IMG/VR virus record: IMGVR_UViG_3300042896_000657
Location: 1 to 64,000 of that record
Length of the DNA: 64,000 bases
From: a virus
Strand: one strand, 5' to 3'
Below the pieces are notes generated by a model. It worked only from the letters and a program-made list of their open reading frames with translations. It was not told where the DNA came from and did no database searches. A program made the translations under genes and the position numbers. Shown here in pieces: positions 9,147 to 19,163 of this stretch. Within the stretch, counting starts at the first letter, position 1. Every line of letters starts with the position of its first letter.

Positions 9147-12100
9147 ATGTCAATATTTAAAGATACATTTATACCTGAAGTTCAAGGTCAATTAAAAGCA
9201 CGTCAAAATTCACTTAAAAAACGTGACGTAACTTCTATTAAATATTTAAATTCACGTAATGCTTGGATTAAAATGTCATCGAGTGTTAATGTTAATGGTA
9301 CAAGTGATTTAGCTGATAATTACCAACTTAAGGGAGGAATTCTATCTCCTCAAGGTTTAAGAGCAGGAGTTTTTAATCCAAACAATCTTAATGCTACTTA
9401 CGATACCAACACTCCATTAGGAGAGCCACATCTACGAGGTTTACGTCCAATGCCTGGTATTAATTCAATTGATATTAGATCAAAATCAGCATACGGATCT
9501 TTACGTGAAGTAGTAGTTAAATTTCAATGTTGGGATATTAAACAACTAGAAGATTTAGAATTATTATATATGCGTCCAGGATATACAGTATTAGTTGAGT
9601 GGGGATGGACACCATATTTACAATCAAATGATAATGGAGATCAACTTGGTATAATATATAATACTCAAACATTTGATATAATAAGACAAACACCATCTAA
9701 AGAAGATATTTGGAAAGAATTATTTAATAAATCAAAATCTACAGGTGGTAATTATGATGCAATGTTTGGTTATGTTAAAAATTATAGCTGGTCTGCTCGT
9801 GAGGATGGAGGTTATGATTGTAGTACTACTATAATATCAATTGGAGAGATATTAGAATCTTTAAAAGTTAATTATTCTCCCTTTACAACTAAATTAACTA
9901 AAGGAACAAAAGGTTTATTAAATAAAATATTTTTAGATGATGATTTAGTAAGAAAATATAAGAAAAATATATTAGCAGGATTATTTGCCGAATTATATGC
10001 TATTGTTATTAAAGATGAACCATCTCCTGAGGAAGATGGTAAAACATCCCAACTTCCAGATCTTAAGAATGATGGAAAAAAATATAATTTTTATTTAAGA
10101 AAATTACAAAAAACAAATTTAACATTAGATGCTGATAAAATAGTTAATAGCAATATTAATGAAATAGATATATATATTACATTAGACTCATTATTTGAAA
10201 TTTTAAATAAATATGTTATATTAAAGGATGAAAAAAATAAAAACCCAATGGTTAAACTTTCATCTTATGAAAGAGAATATGATAAAAAAGATTCAAAAAT
10301 CCCTAAACCATTATTATGTTCAGGAAACCCCCTTCAAATATCAGTTGATCCAACAGTATGTTTAATTGGAAATGATTTTTGGTGTAAATTAAAAAACCAA
10401 ACAAAAATCACCTCACCAGAAAATCCTTTAACTACTGGTTTTAACACTTTTAATCCAAATCTAACTATTACTGGTTTTAATAATAAATCAACTAAATATT
10501 TAAAAAACTTAATCCCTTATTTTTATAAAGAAGATCCAAAAACAGAATTAGGAATAATAGGAAATATATATATAAATCTTCAATTTTTATATTCATTATC
10601 ATTAGATAATAACTTAGAATCACAAGATAAAAAAGAAAAACAAGAGATATCGGTATATGATTTTTTAAAAAATGTAATGTCTCAAGTATCTAATTGTATT
10701 GGTAATGTTAATAATTTTGATATCCATATTGATCCTACAGATAATATAGCAAGAATTATTGATGTAAATTATGTAGATGAAGAAAATAAAGCTGTCGTTT
10801 TTAAAAATGCTTTTGAACTACAAATACAAAATTTATCATCAACCGTAAGATCATATAAATTAGAATCTCAAATATTTCAAGAACAATCAACCATAATTGC
10901 TATAGGAGCACAAGTACAAGGTGGTGCTTTAGGTACAGATGGTAATACTATGAATGGATTTAATAGAGGTATAACTGATAGGATAATTCCTATTAAAGAA
11001 GAACCACTAGTAGATAATAAAGCTACAATAGAAGAAACTAGAAAAGAACAATTAAAAAATTTAAAAAATAATTTATCAATTATATATGATTTTTTTGGAG
11101 ATACTACATCATATTATCTTTTTTGGTCACAAGCTGCATATGATGCTAATAGAGCTGGAGAATACAAAGGTGCTTTAAGAGACTTAATTAATGGATTCAA
11201 GAGTTTTACAGATACAAAATCAAAATACAATGCTATTATCCCAACAAAGCTATCTATTACTATGGATGGTATTGGTGGATTAGTAATAGGACATATATTT
11301 AAAATTCCTGATGATTTATTACCAAAAGGATATAAAGGTGGTGAATTAGGTTCTAAATTAGGACATATAATTACTAGTATAGGACATAGTATATCAAATA
11401 ATGATTGGGTTACTAATATTGATGCTCAAACAATTATTTTAGATGATCCTATCCCTGGAATTGATGGAGAGATATTATCCTATGAAGATTTAATTAAATT
11501 AATAGAGCAAGGTCAACCTTTTGATTTACAACCTAGCCAACTAAATGTATTATTAGAAAATCAAAATTTTACTAATTCAAATATTAGTAATATTAATTAT
11601 AAATTTAATTTACCTGAAGGAAATAAATTACCTTCAGGAATAAATCCACTTGTATCTGCAGCTAAAAAAAGTATTGGTTTTAGTATTGCTAATATAGAAG
11701 AAACAAATAATGGAAATGTTGGATGTGCTGCTGCAGTTAGTGTAATATTTACAAGAGCAACTGGAAGAAAAATTATATCTCCTAACAGTATAATATATAA
11801 TACACCCCCATCTACATCCACTGAATTAGAATATAGTACTCGCACTTTATTTGAAAATTTTTCTAAAAATCCTCAAAACTGGAGAAAAAGAAAAGATTGG
11901 AGAATGGCTCAACCAGGAGATATTATTATAACACCTACATTAAATTCCCCAGGACATACAGGAGTAGTTATTGATGATACAATAACAAAAAATAATAAAA
12001 CTTATTACAAAATAGTTTCAAACTCCTCAAGTGGACTTAGAGGCATAATTAGTAGTAAAGGAACTATTCAATCAAATTATGATATATATAGTTGGGAGTT

Positions 12101-12176
12101 TAGTAATTATTCTGTTTATCCTCGAAATCCATCCCAAACCACTGCTTTTGAATATATAGGACCTGTTAAAGTATAA
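9147..12176 (+). CDS. Baseplate hub protein with C-terminal CHAP/NlpC-like peptidoglycan hydrolase domain
   Basis: 1009 aa; C-terminal GCAAAVS...PGDIII...GHTGVV (Cys/His dyad pattern). Confidence 0.65.
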   Translation: MSIFKDTFIPEVQGQLKARQNSLKKRDVTSIKYLNSRNAWIKMSSSVNVNGTSDLADNYQLKGGILSPQGLRAGVFNPNNLNATYDTNTPLGEPHLRGLRPMPGINSIDIRSKSAYGSLREVVVKFQCWDIKQLEDLELLYMRPGYTVLVEWGWTPYLQSNDNGDQLGIIYNTQTFDIIRQTPSKEDIWKELFNKSKSTGGNYDAMFGYVKNYSWSAREDGGYDCSTTIISIGEILESLKVNYSPFTTKLTKGTKGLLNKIFLDDDLVRKYKKNILAGLFAELYAIVIKDEPSPEEDGKTSQLPDLKNDGKKYNFYLRKLQKTNLTLDADKIVNSNINEIDIYITLDSLFEILNKYVILKDEKNKNPMVKLSSYEREYDKKDSKIPKPLLCSGNPLQISVDPTVCLIGNDFWCKLKNQTKITSPENPLTTGFNTFNPNLTITGFNNKSTKYLKNLIPYFYKEDPKTELGIIGNIYINLQFLYSLSLDNNLESQDKKEKQEISVYDFLKNVMSQVSNCIGNVNNFDIHIDPTDNIARIIDVNYVDEENKAVVFKNAFELQIQNLSSTVRSYKLESQIFQEQSTIIAIGAQVQGGALGTDGNTMNGFNRGITDRIIPIKEEPLVDNKATIEETRKEQLKNLKNNLSIIYDFFGDTTSYYLFWSQAAYDANRAGEYKGALRDLINGFKSFTDTKSKYNAIIPTKLSITMDGIGGLVIGHIFKIPDDLLPKGYKGGELGSKLGHIITSIGHSISNNDWVTNIDAQTIILDDPIPGIDGEILSYEDLIKLIEQGQPFDLQPSQLNVLLENQNFTNSNISNINYKFNLPEGNKLPSGINPLVSAAKKSIGFSIANIEETNNGNVGCAAAVSVIFTRATGRKIISPNSIIYNTPPSTSTELEYSTRTLFENFSKNPQNWRKRKDWRMAQPGDIIITPTLNSPGHTGVVIDDTITKNNKTYYKIVSNSSSGLRGIISSKGTIQSNYDIYSWEFSNYSVYPRNPSQTTAFEYIGPVKV

Positions 12177-12178
12177 TT

Positions 12179-12673
12179 ATGTCAATTAAAATACCACAAA
12201 ATATAATAGTAGAATCTAAATATACTCAAGGAAATGAATATATGTTTATAGATACTAATAGAGAATATCAAGGATATTATTATGAAATTAATGGAAAAAC
12301 ATTTGCTGGTAAAGATTTTGATATTTATTCCCCTGAATTACAAAAAATAACTCCATTAAATATTAATCCTTTTTTAAATAAAGCAGCATCATATGTTTAT
12401 GGATTACTATCAAATAATAATAATTTTAGATTACCAACTTTTAATTCTCTCCCTAAAAATAACAATCCCTTTACTGACCAATCAAATAAAGAAATATATT
12501 ATATTAAAAAGATAAATGAAATACCAATGAAGATAAAACAAGTTGATAAAGATACTTATAATCAAGTTGTTTCTAATTCTTTTTATCAAACTATTATTTT
12601 AAAAGCTAATTATTCTAATATAGACCAAGCAGAACAACAAATGCCAGGATTAAAAGCATTTTTGGGTGTCTAA
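12179..12673 (+). CDS. Hypothetical baseplate-region protein
   Basis: YT.G.EY...EYQGYY motif; last gene of tail operon. Confidence 0.5.
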   Translation: MSIKIPQNIIVESKYTQGNEYMFIDTNREYQGYYYEINGKTFAGKDFDIYSPELQKITPLNINPFLNKAASYVYGLLSNNNNFRLPTFNSLPKNNNPFTDQSNKEIYYIKKINEIPMKIKQVDKDTYNQVVSNSFYQTIILKANYSNIDQAEQQMPGLKAFLGV

Positions 12674-12692
12674 ATTCTAATTCGTACATTAC
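12661..12692 (+). promoter_or_regulatory. Bacteroidota sigmaA-type promoter (TTTG-N20-TACATTAC)
   Basis: Matches the -33 TTTG / -7 TAnnTTTG architecture. Confidence 0.65.
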
Positions 12693-12713
12693 ATTAAATA
12701 AAGGTTATGACAC

Positions 12714-13997
12714 ATGTTTTATATTATAGAGAAAAAAGAACAACTAGCTAAATTACAAGATTTAGGAGATTGTTTTATTAATTTTATCCCACTAAACAAT
12801 AATTTTCATCCTAAATTAACGGACATAAGTGTAATATACATTAGGCCAATAAATCACAAAAAAGGATGGATGATATGTATCAAACATAATGAGGCATTTA
12901 GTTTAGATAAGGGTGAAGTACTAAATCATATTTTTAATAATACCGATAAAATATTTGTATTACAAAAGAAGGAAACACTGTATCATTTCCCACATCTCGA
13001 AAAACTATACGATATTAATTTTATTGAATACGTTAATATAAATGACAATATTATTGTAAATAAATGTATTGAATTCTATTACAGAAAACATTACAATAAT
13101 CCAATAATAAATTCATTAATCCCCATCAGTAAACACTATGAGGAGCAAGATAGTATATTTGATATGGTTATACCAATAATACGTAAATACAACGCAAATG
13201 ACGTCATTTATCAATTTAATAACAACTTATCTAGCGTAGCATTTAACCGTATTGAGGAAGCAGGTATAGCGTTGAATAAACGTTGTTTTGTAGAACATTA
13301 TAATGATAAACTACATTATCCTGAATTTAATATTTACAAAGGTAAAATATATACTCAATACAATTTATACACAACAACATCACGTCCTTCAAATAGATTT
13401 AATGGTATTAATTTTGCTGCTTTAAATAAAAATGATGATGAAAGATTATGTTACGAGCCATCTAACGATATGTTTATTGAGATGGATTTTTCAGGATACC
13501 ATCCTCGATTAATTGGTGAATTAATTAATTATCCCTTAACAGCTGACAACATATACGATAGTTTAAATGTGGGTAAGGAAGAAATGTTTCAAAATCTATA
13601 TGGTGGTATAAGAAAAGAATATAAAGATAAACCATTCTTTAAAGAAGCATCACAATATATAGATAATGTATGGACATTATTAAATGAGGATGGTAAAATA
13701 CATACTGTAAATAATATATTTTATTTAGATAAAATTGAAAATCCAAATCCTACAAAAGTATTTAACTATATTATTCAGAGTTATGAAACATCAACAAATG
13801 TTAAAATAATATTGGATATTATTGATTATTTAAAAGATAAACAAACAAAATTAGTGCTTTACACATATGATGCGATGCTTTTTGATTATTCAGAATCAGA
13901 TGGGGTTGAATTATTAGAAGAAATTAAAAAAATTATGAAATATCCTGTTAAAATTAAACAAGGAATTAATTACAAAACCATGGAAAGTTATGTATAG
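12714..13997 (+). CDS. Compact family A DNA polymerase-like protein
   Basis: TTTSRPSN, motif A MDFSGYHPRL, motif B K..MFQNLYGG, NYIIQS, motif C YTYDAMLFD. Confidence 0.75.
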   Translation: MFYIIEKKEQLAKLQDLGDCFINFIPLNNNFHPKLTDISVIYIRPINHKKGWMICIKHNEAFSLDKGEVLNHIFNNTDKIFVLQKKETLYHFPHLEKLYDINFIEYVNINDNIIVNKCIEFYYRKHYNNPIINSLIPISKHYEEQDSIFDMVIPIIRKYNANDVIYQFNNNLSSVAFNRIEEAGIALNKRCFVEHYNDKLHYPEFNIYKGKIYTQYNLYTTTSRPSNRFNGINFAALNKNDDERLCYEPSNDMFIEMDFSGYHPRLIGELINYPLTADNIYDSLNVGKEEMFQNLYGGIRKEYKDKPFFKEASQYIDNVWTLLNEDGKIHTVNNIFYLDKIENPNPTKVFNYIIQSYETSTNVKIILDIIDYLKDKQTKLVLYTYDAMLFDYSESDGVELLEEIKKIMKYPVKIKQGINYKTMESYV

Positions 13998-14049
13998 TGT
14001 TGTTTCTCAATATCCTGATATATTTATTTTGGATATAGTAAACGAAAAT

Positions 14050-14439
14050 ATGAGTAATAAATTGTTCTGTACATTTACCGCACAAGATGCTGTTGAGGAC
14101 ACCATATCTAAAATAAATAATAAATATTCAATATTATTTAATAAAATATTTATCCTTGAATCTCCACATTCTGAGGAATTGATTTGTACATATAATATTG
14201 ATGCCGGGAATGTTTCTAGTATTCCTCTACCTAACACAATATTGCTACATAGAAAGAAAGAATCAAATACTCTTTATACAATTAACGCACTTAATACATT
14301 AATTAAATCATTAAATGGTGGTTTATTAGATAATAGATACCAGATTGAATGGGATAACTATAAAAATTGTATTTTGTTGACTACCGGAGTAGAGCTTCGT
14401 CGATTAGATACGAAAATTTTTAAAATAATTAATTTATAA
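14050..14439 (+). CDS. Conserved phage hypothetical protein (start probably 14050 rather than 13990)
   Basis: ATATTTAT at 14020 lies inside the longer ORF; LHRKKESNTLYTINALN motif. Confidence 0.6.
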   Translation: MSNKLFCTFTAQDAVEDTISKINNKYSILFNKIFILESPHSEELICTYNIDAGNVSSIPLPNTILLHRKKESNTLYTINALNTLIKSLNGGLLDNRYQIEWDNYKNCILLTTGVELRRLDTKIFKIINL

Positions 14440-14450
14440 TATTTATACAT

Positions 14451-15254
14451 ATGAAAACAAATAGACTACAAGAACTAGCAGGAATAATTACCGAAGGGGC
14501 ATTAGATCCAGCTAATGAAGAAAATATATTTAATAATTTAATAGATACCGACCATTCAGAACTTGTAAATAAATTATTAGAGGCAGCAGATACTAATCCA
14601 TCATTAACATTAGTAGATTTTTTAAAGACATTTGATATTGGTGCTGGTGAAGAAGATGATTTAAATGAAGTTGAAGAAGATGAATCAACAACTAATCCAT
14701 ATGAAGAAGCTATTTCATATTTAGAAGATATATCTAAAAAAGGAGAATTAACTCCGGATCAAATAAAAGATATAGTAGGAAGATTAACTTCAGCTCGTAA
14801 ACAATTCTTTACTTCTCAAAGAACACCAGACTCTTATAAATCTTCTGCTGAAAAAGCAAAAGCAACAATAGCTAAAGATAAAGCAAATACAGAGAAATGG
14901 AGAAAAATATTTAATGACAGAAATTTAATACCTGATGCTAAAGATCAAGCAGAAAAAAATATATTACCCATTGAAGTAAATGATTATTTTTTCACTCCAG
15001 ATCCAAAATATTATGATCTTCTTAATAAACCTAAACCTCTCCCTGATGATAGAGGACCTAATTACACACCATTTCTAATACAACGAGATATTGAATTAAC
15101 AAAAAATGGTGGAAGAGGATATGGTGAATATATTATTAAAGATGAATATAGAGATAAACCAATTTCTGGAACATTAAAATTATCAAAATTAGGTAAAGAC
15201 TTAGGGGAATTTAGTGTTAAGGATTTTTATAGAAAATTAGGATATAAAATTTAA
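14451..15254 (+). CDS. Putative capsid-internal protein (RLQELAGIITE leader)
   Basis: N-terminal motif shared with the next two ORFs; late motif 4 nt upstream. Confidence 0.5.
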   Translation: MKTNRLQELAGIITEGALDPANEENIFNNLIDTDHSELVNKLLEAADTNPSLTLVDFLKTFDIGAGEEDDLNEVEEDESTTNPYEEAISYLEDISKKGELTPDQIKDIVGRLTSARKQFFTSQRTPDSYKSSAEKAKATIAKDKANTEKWRKIFNDRNLIPDAKDQAEKNILPIEVNDYFFTPDPKYYDLLNKPKPLPDDRGPNYTPFLIQRDIELTKNGGRGYGEYIIKDEYRDKPISGTLKLSKLGKDLGEFSVKDFYRKLGYKI

Positions 15255-15290
15255 ACAAATAATATCATTAAAATAATAAATAAAATTAAA

Positions 15291-15575
15291 ATGAAAACCC
15301 AAATCAACGAAATCAAAAGAATGCAGCAATTAGCTGGTATTATCAATGAAAATCAAATAATAGAAAATCAATATGAAGATGGCTTCGAACCAATTAAAGA
15401 TGATACATCAAATATCCAACCAGGAGATGGTGTAGTAAGTGTTAATGGATATTTTGGTGAGTTTAAAGGTATCAATAATAAAGGAAAATATGTTATTATA
15501 TATGATGCTTATGGTGAAAGAGGAGTATATTCAAAAGATAATTTTATAAAATATTTTCAAGTACAAAAGAAATAA
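15291..15575 (+). CDS. Putative capsid-internal protein (MKTQINEIKRMQQLAGIINE leader)
   Basis: First 20 aa identical to ORF 15588. Confidence 0.55.
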   Translation: MKTQINEIKRMQQLAGIINENQIIENQYEDGFEPIKDDTSNIQPGDGVVSVNGYFGEFKGINNKGKYVIIYDAYGERGVYSKDNFIKYFQVQKK

Positions 15576-15647
15576 CAAAAATAAAAAATGAAAACACAAA
15601 TAAACGAAATTAAAAGAATGCAGCAATTAGCTGGCATTATTAATGAA
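15291..15647 (+). repeat. 60-nt direct repeat (15291-15350 and 15588-15647) encoding identical N-terminal peptides
   Basis: 55/60 nt identical; the five differences are all synonymous. Confidence 0.9.
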
Positions 15648-16061
15648 TCTAAAAGAACTCCTGATTTAAAATCATTAAATGAGAATACTACTCCTATTAA
15701 TTATGAAAAATTAAAACAAATATTACTTCTAGCTTGCAACACATATCCAGAAGGAGATCATGGATATGGGGATGTAGAACCTTTATATGAAAAAGATGAA
15801 GTAAAAAATACTATAAAGTATATAATGAAATTAGAAAAAGGAGTAAAAAATAATGATGAAGATATTTTTGATAAATTAGAAGACCAAGAACCTTCAACTT
15901 TTATAGGAGCAGTGCATTTAGATGATGCTCAAAAAGCCAAATGGGATGATTTTGATCTAGCATTAGGTGTATTATCAGAAATAGCATATGAGTATGATCT
16001 TGATGATGCAGCATCAGCACTTAATGATTTAGCACAAGAAATTAATTCATTCCAATTATAA
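15588..16061 (+). CDS. Putative capsid-internal protein (MKTQINEIKRMQQLAGIINE leader)
   Basis: Shared leader, unrelated acidic body. Confidence 0.55.
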   Translation: MKTQINEIKRMQQLAGIINESKRTPDLKSLNENTTPINYEKLKQILLLACNTYPEGDHGYGDVEPLYEKDEVKNTIKYIMKLEKGVKNNDEDIFDKLEDQEPSTFIGAVHLDDAQKAKWDDFDLALGVLSEIAYEYDLDDAASALNDLAQEINSFQL

Positions 16062-16102
16062 TAAGTAATTGTCAAAATTAAATTAATATATTCTAAAATA
16101 AT

Positions 16103-16127
16103 AAAACCCGCTCTCGCGGGTTTTTTT
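16103..16127 (+). terminator. Intrinsic terminator
   Basis: AAAACCCGC-TCTC-GCGGGTTTTTTT. Confidence 0.9.
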
Positions 16128-16156
16128 GGCTGTCACAATAAAAATTAGTATATTCA
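16125..16156 (+). promoter_or_regulatory. Bacteroidota sigmaA-type promoter (TTTG-N20-TATATTCA) for replication operon
   Basis: -33 element overlaps terminator U-tract; spacer contains TGTCACAATAAAAATT. Confidence 0.7.
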
Positions 16157-16193
16157 ATACGTAATAAAATTATAAACTTAAATAAATTAAAAC

Positions 16194-17030
16194 ATGGATT
16201 TATCATTAATCAAAAACAAATTGGCAGGTTTGCAACAAAAGCCTGGACAGACTTATGAAAAAGTAGATTACACTAAAATTTTCTGGAAACCAAAAGTAGG
16301 TACATATCAAGTACGTATTGTACCATCAAAATTCAATAAACAAAACCCATTTAGAGAAGTATTCTTCCATTATGGTTTTACTAAAGGCCCTATCTTAGCA
16401 TTAACAAATTGGGAAGAAAAAGATCCAATCGTTGAATTTGCTAAAAAACTACGTAAATCATCAGATAAAGAAGATTGGCAATTAGCTAAAAAATTAGACG
16501 CTAAAATGCGTATTTTTGCTCCTGTTATTATTCGTGGTGAAGAACACTTAGGCACTCGTCTATGGGAATTTGGTAAAGAAATATATCAACAATTGTTAGG
16601 TATTGCTGCTGATGAGGATTACGGTGATTTTACTGATATTCAAGATGGTCGTGACTTTACAGTTGAGGCAACAAATGGTGAAGTTGCAGGTCGTAGTGTA
16701 ATTAAATGTGCTTTACGCCCAAAACCAAAAACCACTCCAATTTCTACAGATGCTACTCTATTACAAAATATACTAGATGAACAACCAGATATATTAACTA
16801 TTAATAGAAAATATAATTTTGATGATTTAAAAGCAATATTAGAGAAATTCTTAAATCCTGAAGAAGAGGAAGAAGTTAATGCAGTTGCTAATACTATTTC
16901 TTCTGATGAAACTGATGATGAGCCTTCAGATTTACCTTGGGAAGCTGAAACTCCATCAAAACCATACACTTTAGAAAATAGTACTCCTAAAGCAAAAAAT
17001 ACTGATAAATTCGATTCACTATTCTCCTAA
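16194..17030 (+). CDS. Single-stranded DNA-binding protein (gp32-like)
   Basis: FWKP, VRIVP, DPI.EF, RLWEFGK.IY, D...GRDF, acidic tail ending FDSLFS. Confidence 0.85.
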   Translation: MDLSLIKNKLAGLQQKPGQTYEKVDYTKIFWKPKVGTYQVRIVPSKFNKQNPFREVFFHYGFTKGPILALTNWEEKDPIVEFAKKLRKSSDKEDWQLAKKLDAKMRIFAPVIIRGEEHLGTRLWEFGKEIYQQLLGIAADEDYGDFTDIQDGRDFTVEATNGEVAGRSVIKCALRPKPKTTPISTDATLLQNILDEQPDILTINRKYNFDDLKAILEKFLNPEEEEEVNAVANTISSDETDDEPSDLPWEAETPSKPYTLENSTPKAKNTDKFDSLFS

Positions 17031-17044
17031 AATAAAAATAAGTT

Positions 17045-18133
17045 ATGGCTAAAAAAAATTCAGGACTCTCAGAAGTAGTATCTAAATCATTGGGTAAAAC
17101 CTTTGATTTAGATGTATTTAAGAAATCTAAATTCTTAGACAAATCTGTAAAGTTCAAACCACAAAGATGGATCCCGTTATCTAAAGCATTTCAGGATGTT
17201 ATCTCACTACCTGGTATTCCTATGGGACATATTACACTATTGAGAGGCCATTCAGATACTGGTAAAACAACAGCAATGTTAGAGGCTGCTGTTAATGCTC
17301 AAAAAATGGGTGTATTACCTGTATTTATCATTACTGAAATGAAATGGAATTGGGATCACGCTAGACAGATGGGATTCGAAATTAATGAAGTAGTTGATAC
17401 AGATACAGGAGAAATTGTAGATTATAATGGATTCTTTATTTATGTTGATAGAGGTTCATTAAATACTATTGAGGATGTTGCTGCATTTATTGCAGATTTA
17501 TTAAACGAGCAAGCAACTGGTAAATTACCATATGATTTATGTTTCTTCTGGGATTCAGTTGGATCAATTCCATGTAGAATGTCAGTAGAAAAATCATCAA
17601 ACAATAATGAATGGAATGCTGGTGCAATGTCTCAACAATTTGGTAATTTTATTAATCAAAAATTAATTTTATCTCGTAAAGAAAATATACCTTTTACAAA
17701 TTCATTAGTAGCTGTTAATAAGGTATGGGTTGCAAAACCTAATTCACCAATGGAACAACCTAAAATGAAAAATAAAGGTGGAGATACAATGTTCTTTGAT
17801 TCATCATTAGTAGTAACATTTGGTAACATTACAAATAGTGGAACCAATAAATTAAAAGCAACTAAAGATGGTAAAGATGTTGAATTTGCTAAACGCACTA
17901 AAATATCAGTAGATAAAAACCACGTTACAGGTGTACAAACTAAAGGTACAGTAACAATGACTGTTCATGGTTTCATTGATGATGATAAAAAAGCAATCGA
18001 TACTTACAAGAAAGAACATGCTGATGAATGGTTAAAAATTCTAGGTACTCTTGATTTTGATTTAGTTGAAGACAAGTCAGAATGGAATGAAAGTAATAAT
18101 GTTGTAATAGAGGTAGAAGATGGCGAAGAATAG
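17045..18133 (+). CDS. uvsX: RecA/UvsX-like recombinase
   Basis: Walker A GHSDTGKTT, TE, WDSVGS, KGG, DKNH. Confidence 0.85.
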   Translation: MAKKNSGLSEVVSKSLGKTFDLDVFKKSKFLDKSVKFKPQRWIPLSKAFQDVISLPGIPMGHITLLRGHSDTGKTTAMLEAAVNAQKMGVLPVFIITEMKWNWDHARQMGFEINEVVDTDTGEIVDYNGFFIYVDRGSLNTIEDVAAFIADLLNEQATGKLPYDLCFFWDSVGSIPCRMSVEKSSNNNEWNAGAMSQQFGNFINQKLILSRKENIPFTNSLVAVNKVWVAKPNSPMEQPKMKNKGGDTMFFDSSLVVTFGNITNSGTNKLKATKDGKDVEFAKRTKISVDKNHVTGVQTKGTVTMTVHGFIDDDKKAIDTYKKEHADEWLKILGTLDFDLVEDKSEWNESNNVVIEVEDGEE

Positions 18134-19139
18134 ATTCGCAGAAATGCTATCAAACATAACCAATGAACCAGAAACAGAAAACCAATCAATATTAATAATA
18201 GATGGATTAAATACATTTTTGAGATCATTCGCTATTATTAATGCAATCCATCCTTCCTCCGGCCAACATGTCGGAGGAATGATTGGATTTCTAAAATCTG
18301 TAGGATATGCTATTAAATTAAACTCACCAACAAAAGTAATTATTACATTTGATGGGGTTGGTGGTTCAAATTCAAAACGTAATTTATTCTCTGCTTATAA
18401 AACTAATCGTAATGCTGATCGCATCACGAATTACAAAATGTTTACTGATAAGGAGGAAGAAAGCGAATCAATCACCAATCAAATGGAAAGATTAATTCAA
18501 TATCTTCAATCTCTCCCCGTTAGTTTAATTGTAATTGATGGGATTGAGGCAGATGACGTAATGGGGTACTTAGCGCAGAAATACGAAGGTATAGCGGAAA
18601 CTAAGCGCGTTACTATTATGTCAGCAGATCAAGATTTCTTGCAATTAATAAGTGAAAAAGTTAATATATATTCTCCCACAAAAAAGAAAATATATAACGT
18701 AGATAACTTTAAAGATGAATATCATATTCACCCAAAAAATTATTTATTGTATAAAACATTTATGGGTGATAAGGGAGATAATGTTCCAAAAGTTAAGGGA
18801 TTAGGTGAAGATAAATTATTTAAAATACTTCCACAATTAACAGGTACCGAATCTCTACATTTAGAAACATTATTAGAGTCTTTAGATCCTAACGATAAAT
18901 GGGGATCTCAATTATTAAATTTTCAACATCAATTAAAAATTAATTATAGATTGATGAATTTGAAAGATATTCCACTTTCAAATGAAAATATTGAAATCAT
19001 TGAAGAGGCAGTAGCATATAAACGTGAATATAATAAACCTGGATTCCTTCATTTATATTATAAGGACAATCTTGGGAATGGAATACCTAATGTTGAGATG
19101 TGGTTGAATGATTGTTTTGGAAGTCTGAGTATATTTTAG
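18120..19139 (+). CDS. 5'-3' exonuclease / RNase H (PolI N-terminal-like)
   Basis: IIDGLN, FDG, YK.NR, EADD, SADQDF.QL, GDKGDNVP.VKGLG. Confidence 0.92.
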   Translation: MAKNRFAEMLSNITNEPETENQSILIIDGLNTFLRSFAIINAIHPSSGQHVGGMIGFLKSVGYAIKLNSPTKVIITFDGVGGSNSKRNLFSAYKTNRNADRITNYKMFTDKEEESESITNQMERLIQYLQSLPVSLIVIDGIEADDVMGYLAQKYEGIAETKRVTIMSADQDFLQLISEKVNIYSPTKKKIYNVDNFKDEYHIHPKNYLLYKTFMGDKGDNVPKVKGLGEDKLFKILPQLTGTESLHLETLLESLDPNDKWGSQLLNFQHQLKINYRLMNLKDIPLSNENIEIIEEAVAYKREYNKPGFLHLYYKDNLGNGIPNVEMWLNDCFGSLSIF

Positions 19140-19147
19140 TACATTTA
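19116..19147 (+). promoter_or_regulatory. sigmaA-type promoter (TTTG-N20-TACATTTA)
   Basis: Same architecture, upstream of helicase. Confidence 0.6.
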
Positions 19148-19163
19148 AAAATAAATAAAAGTT

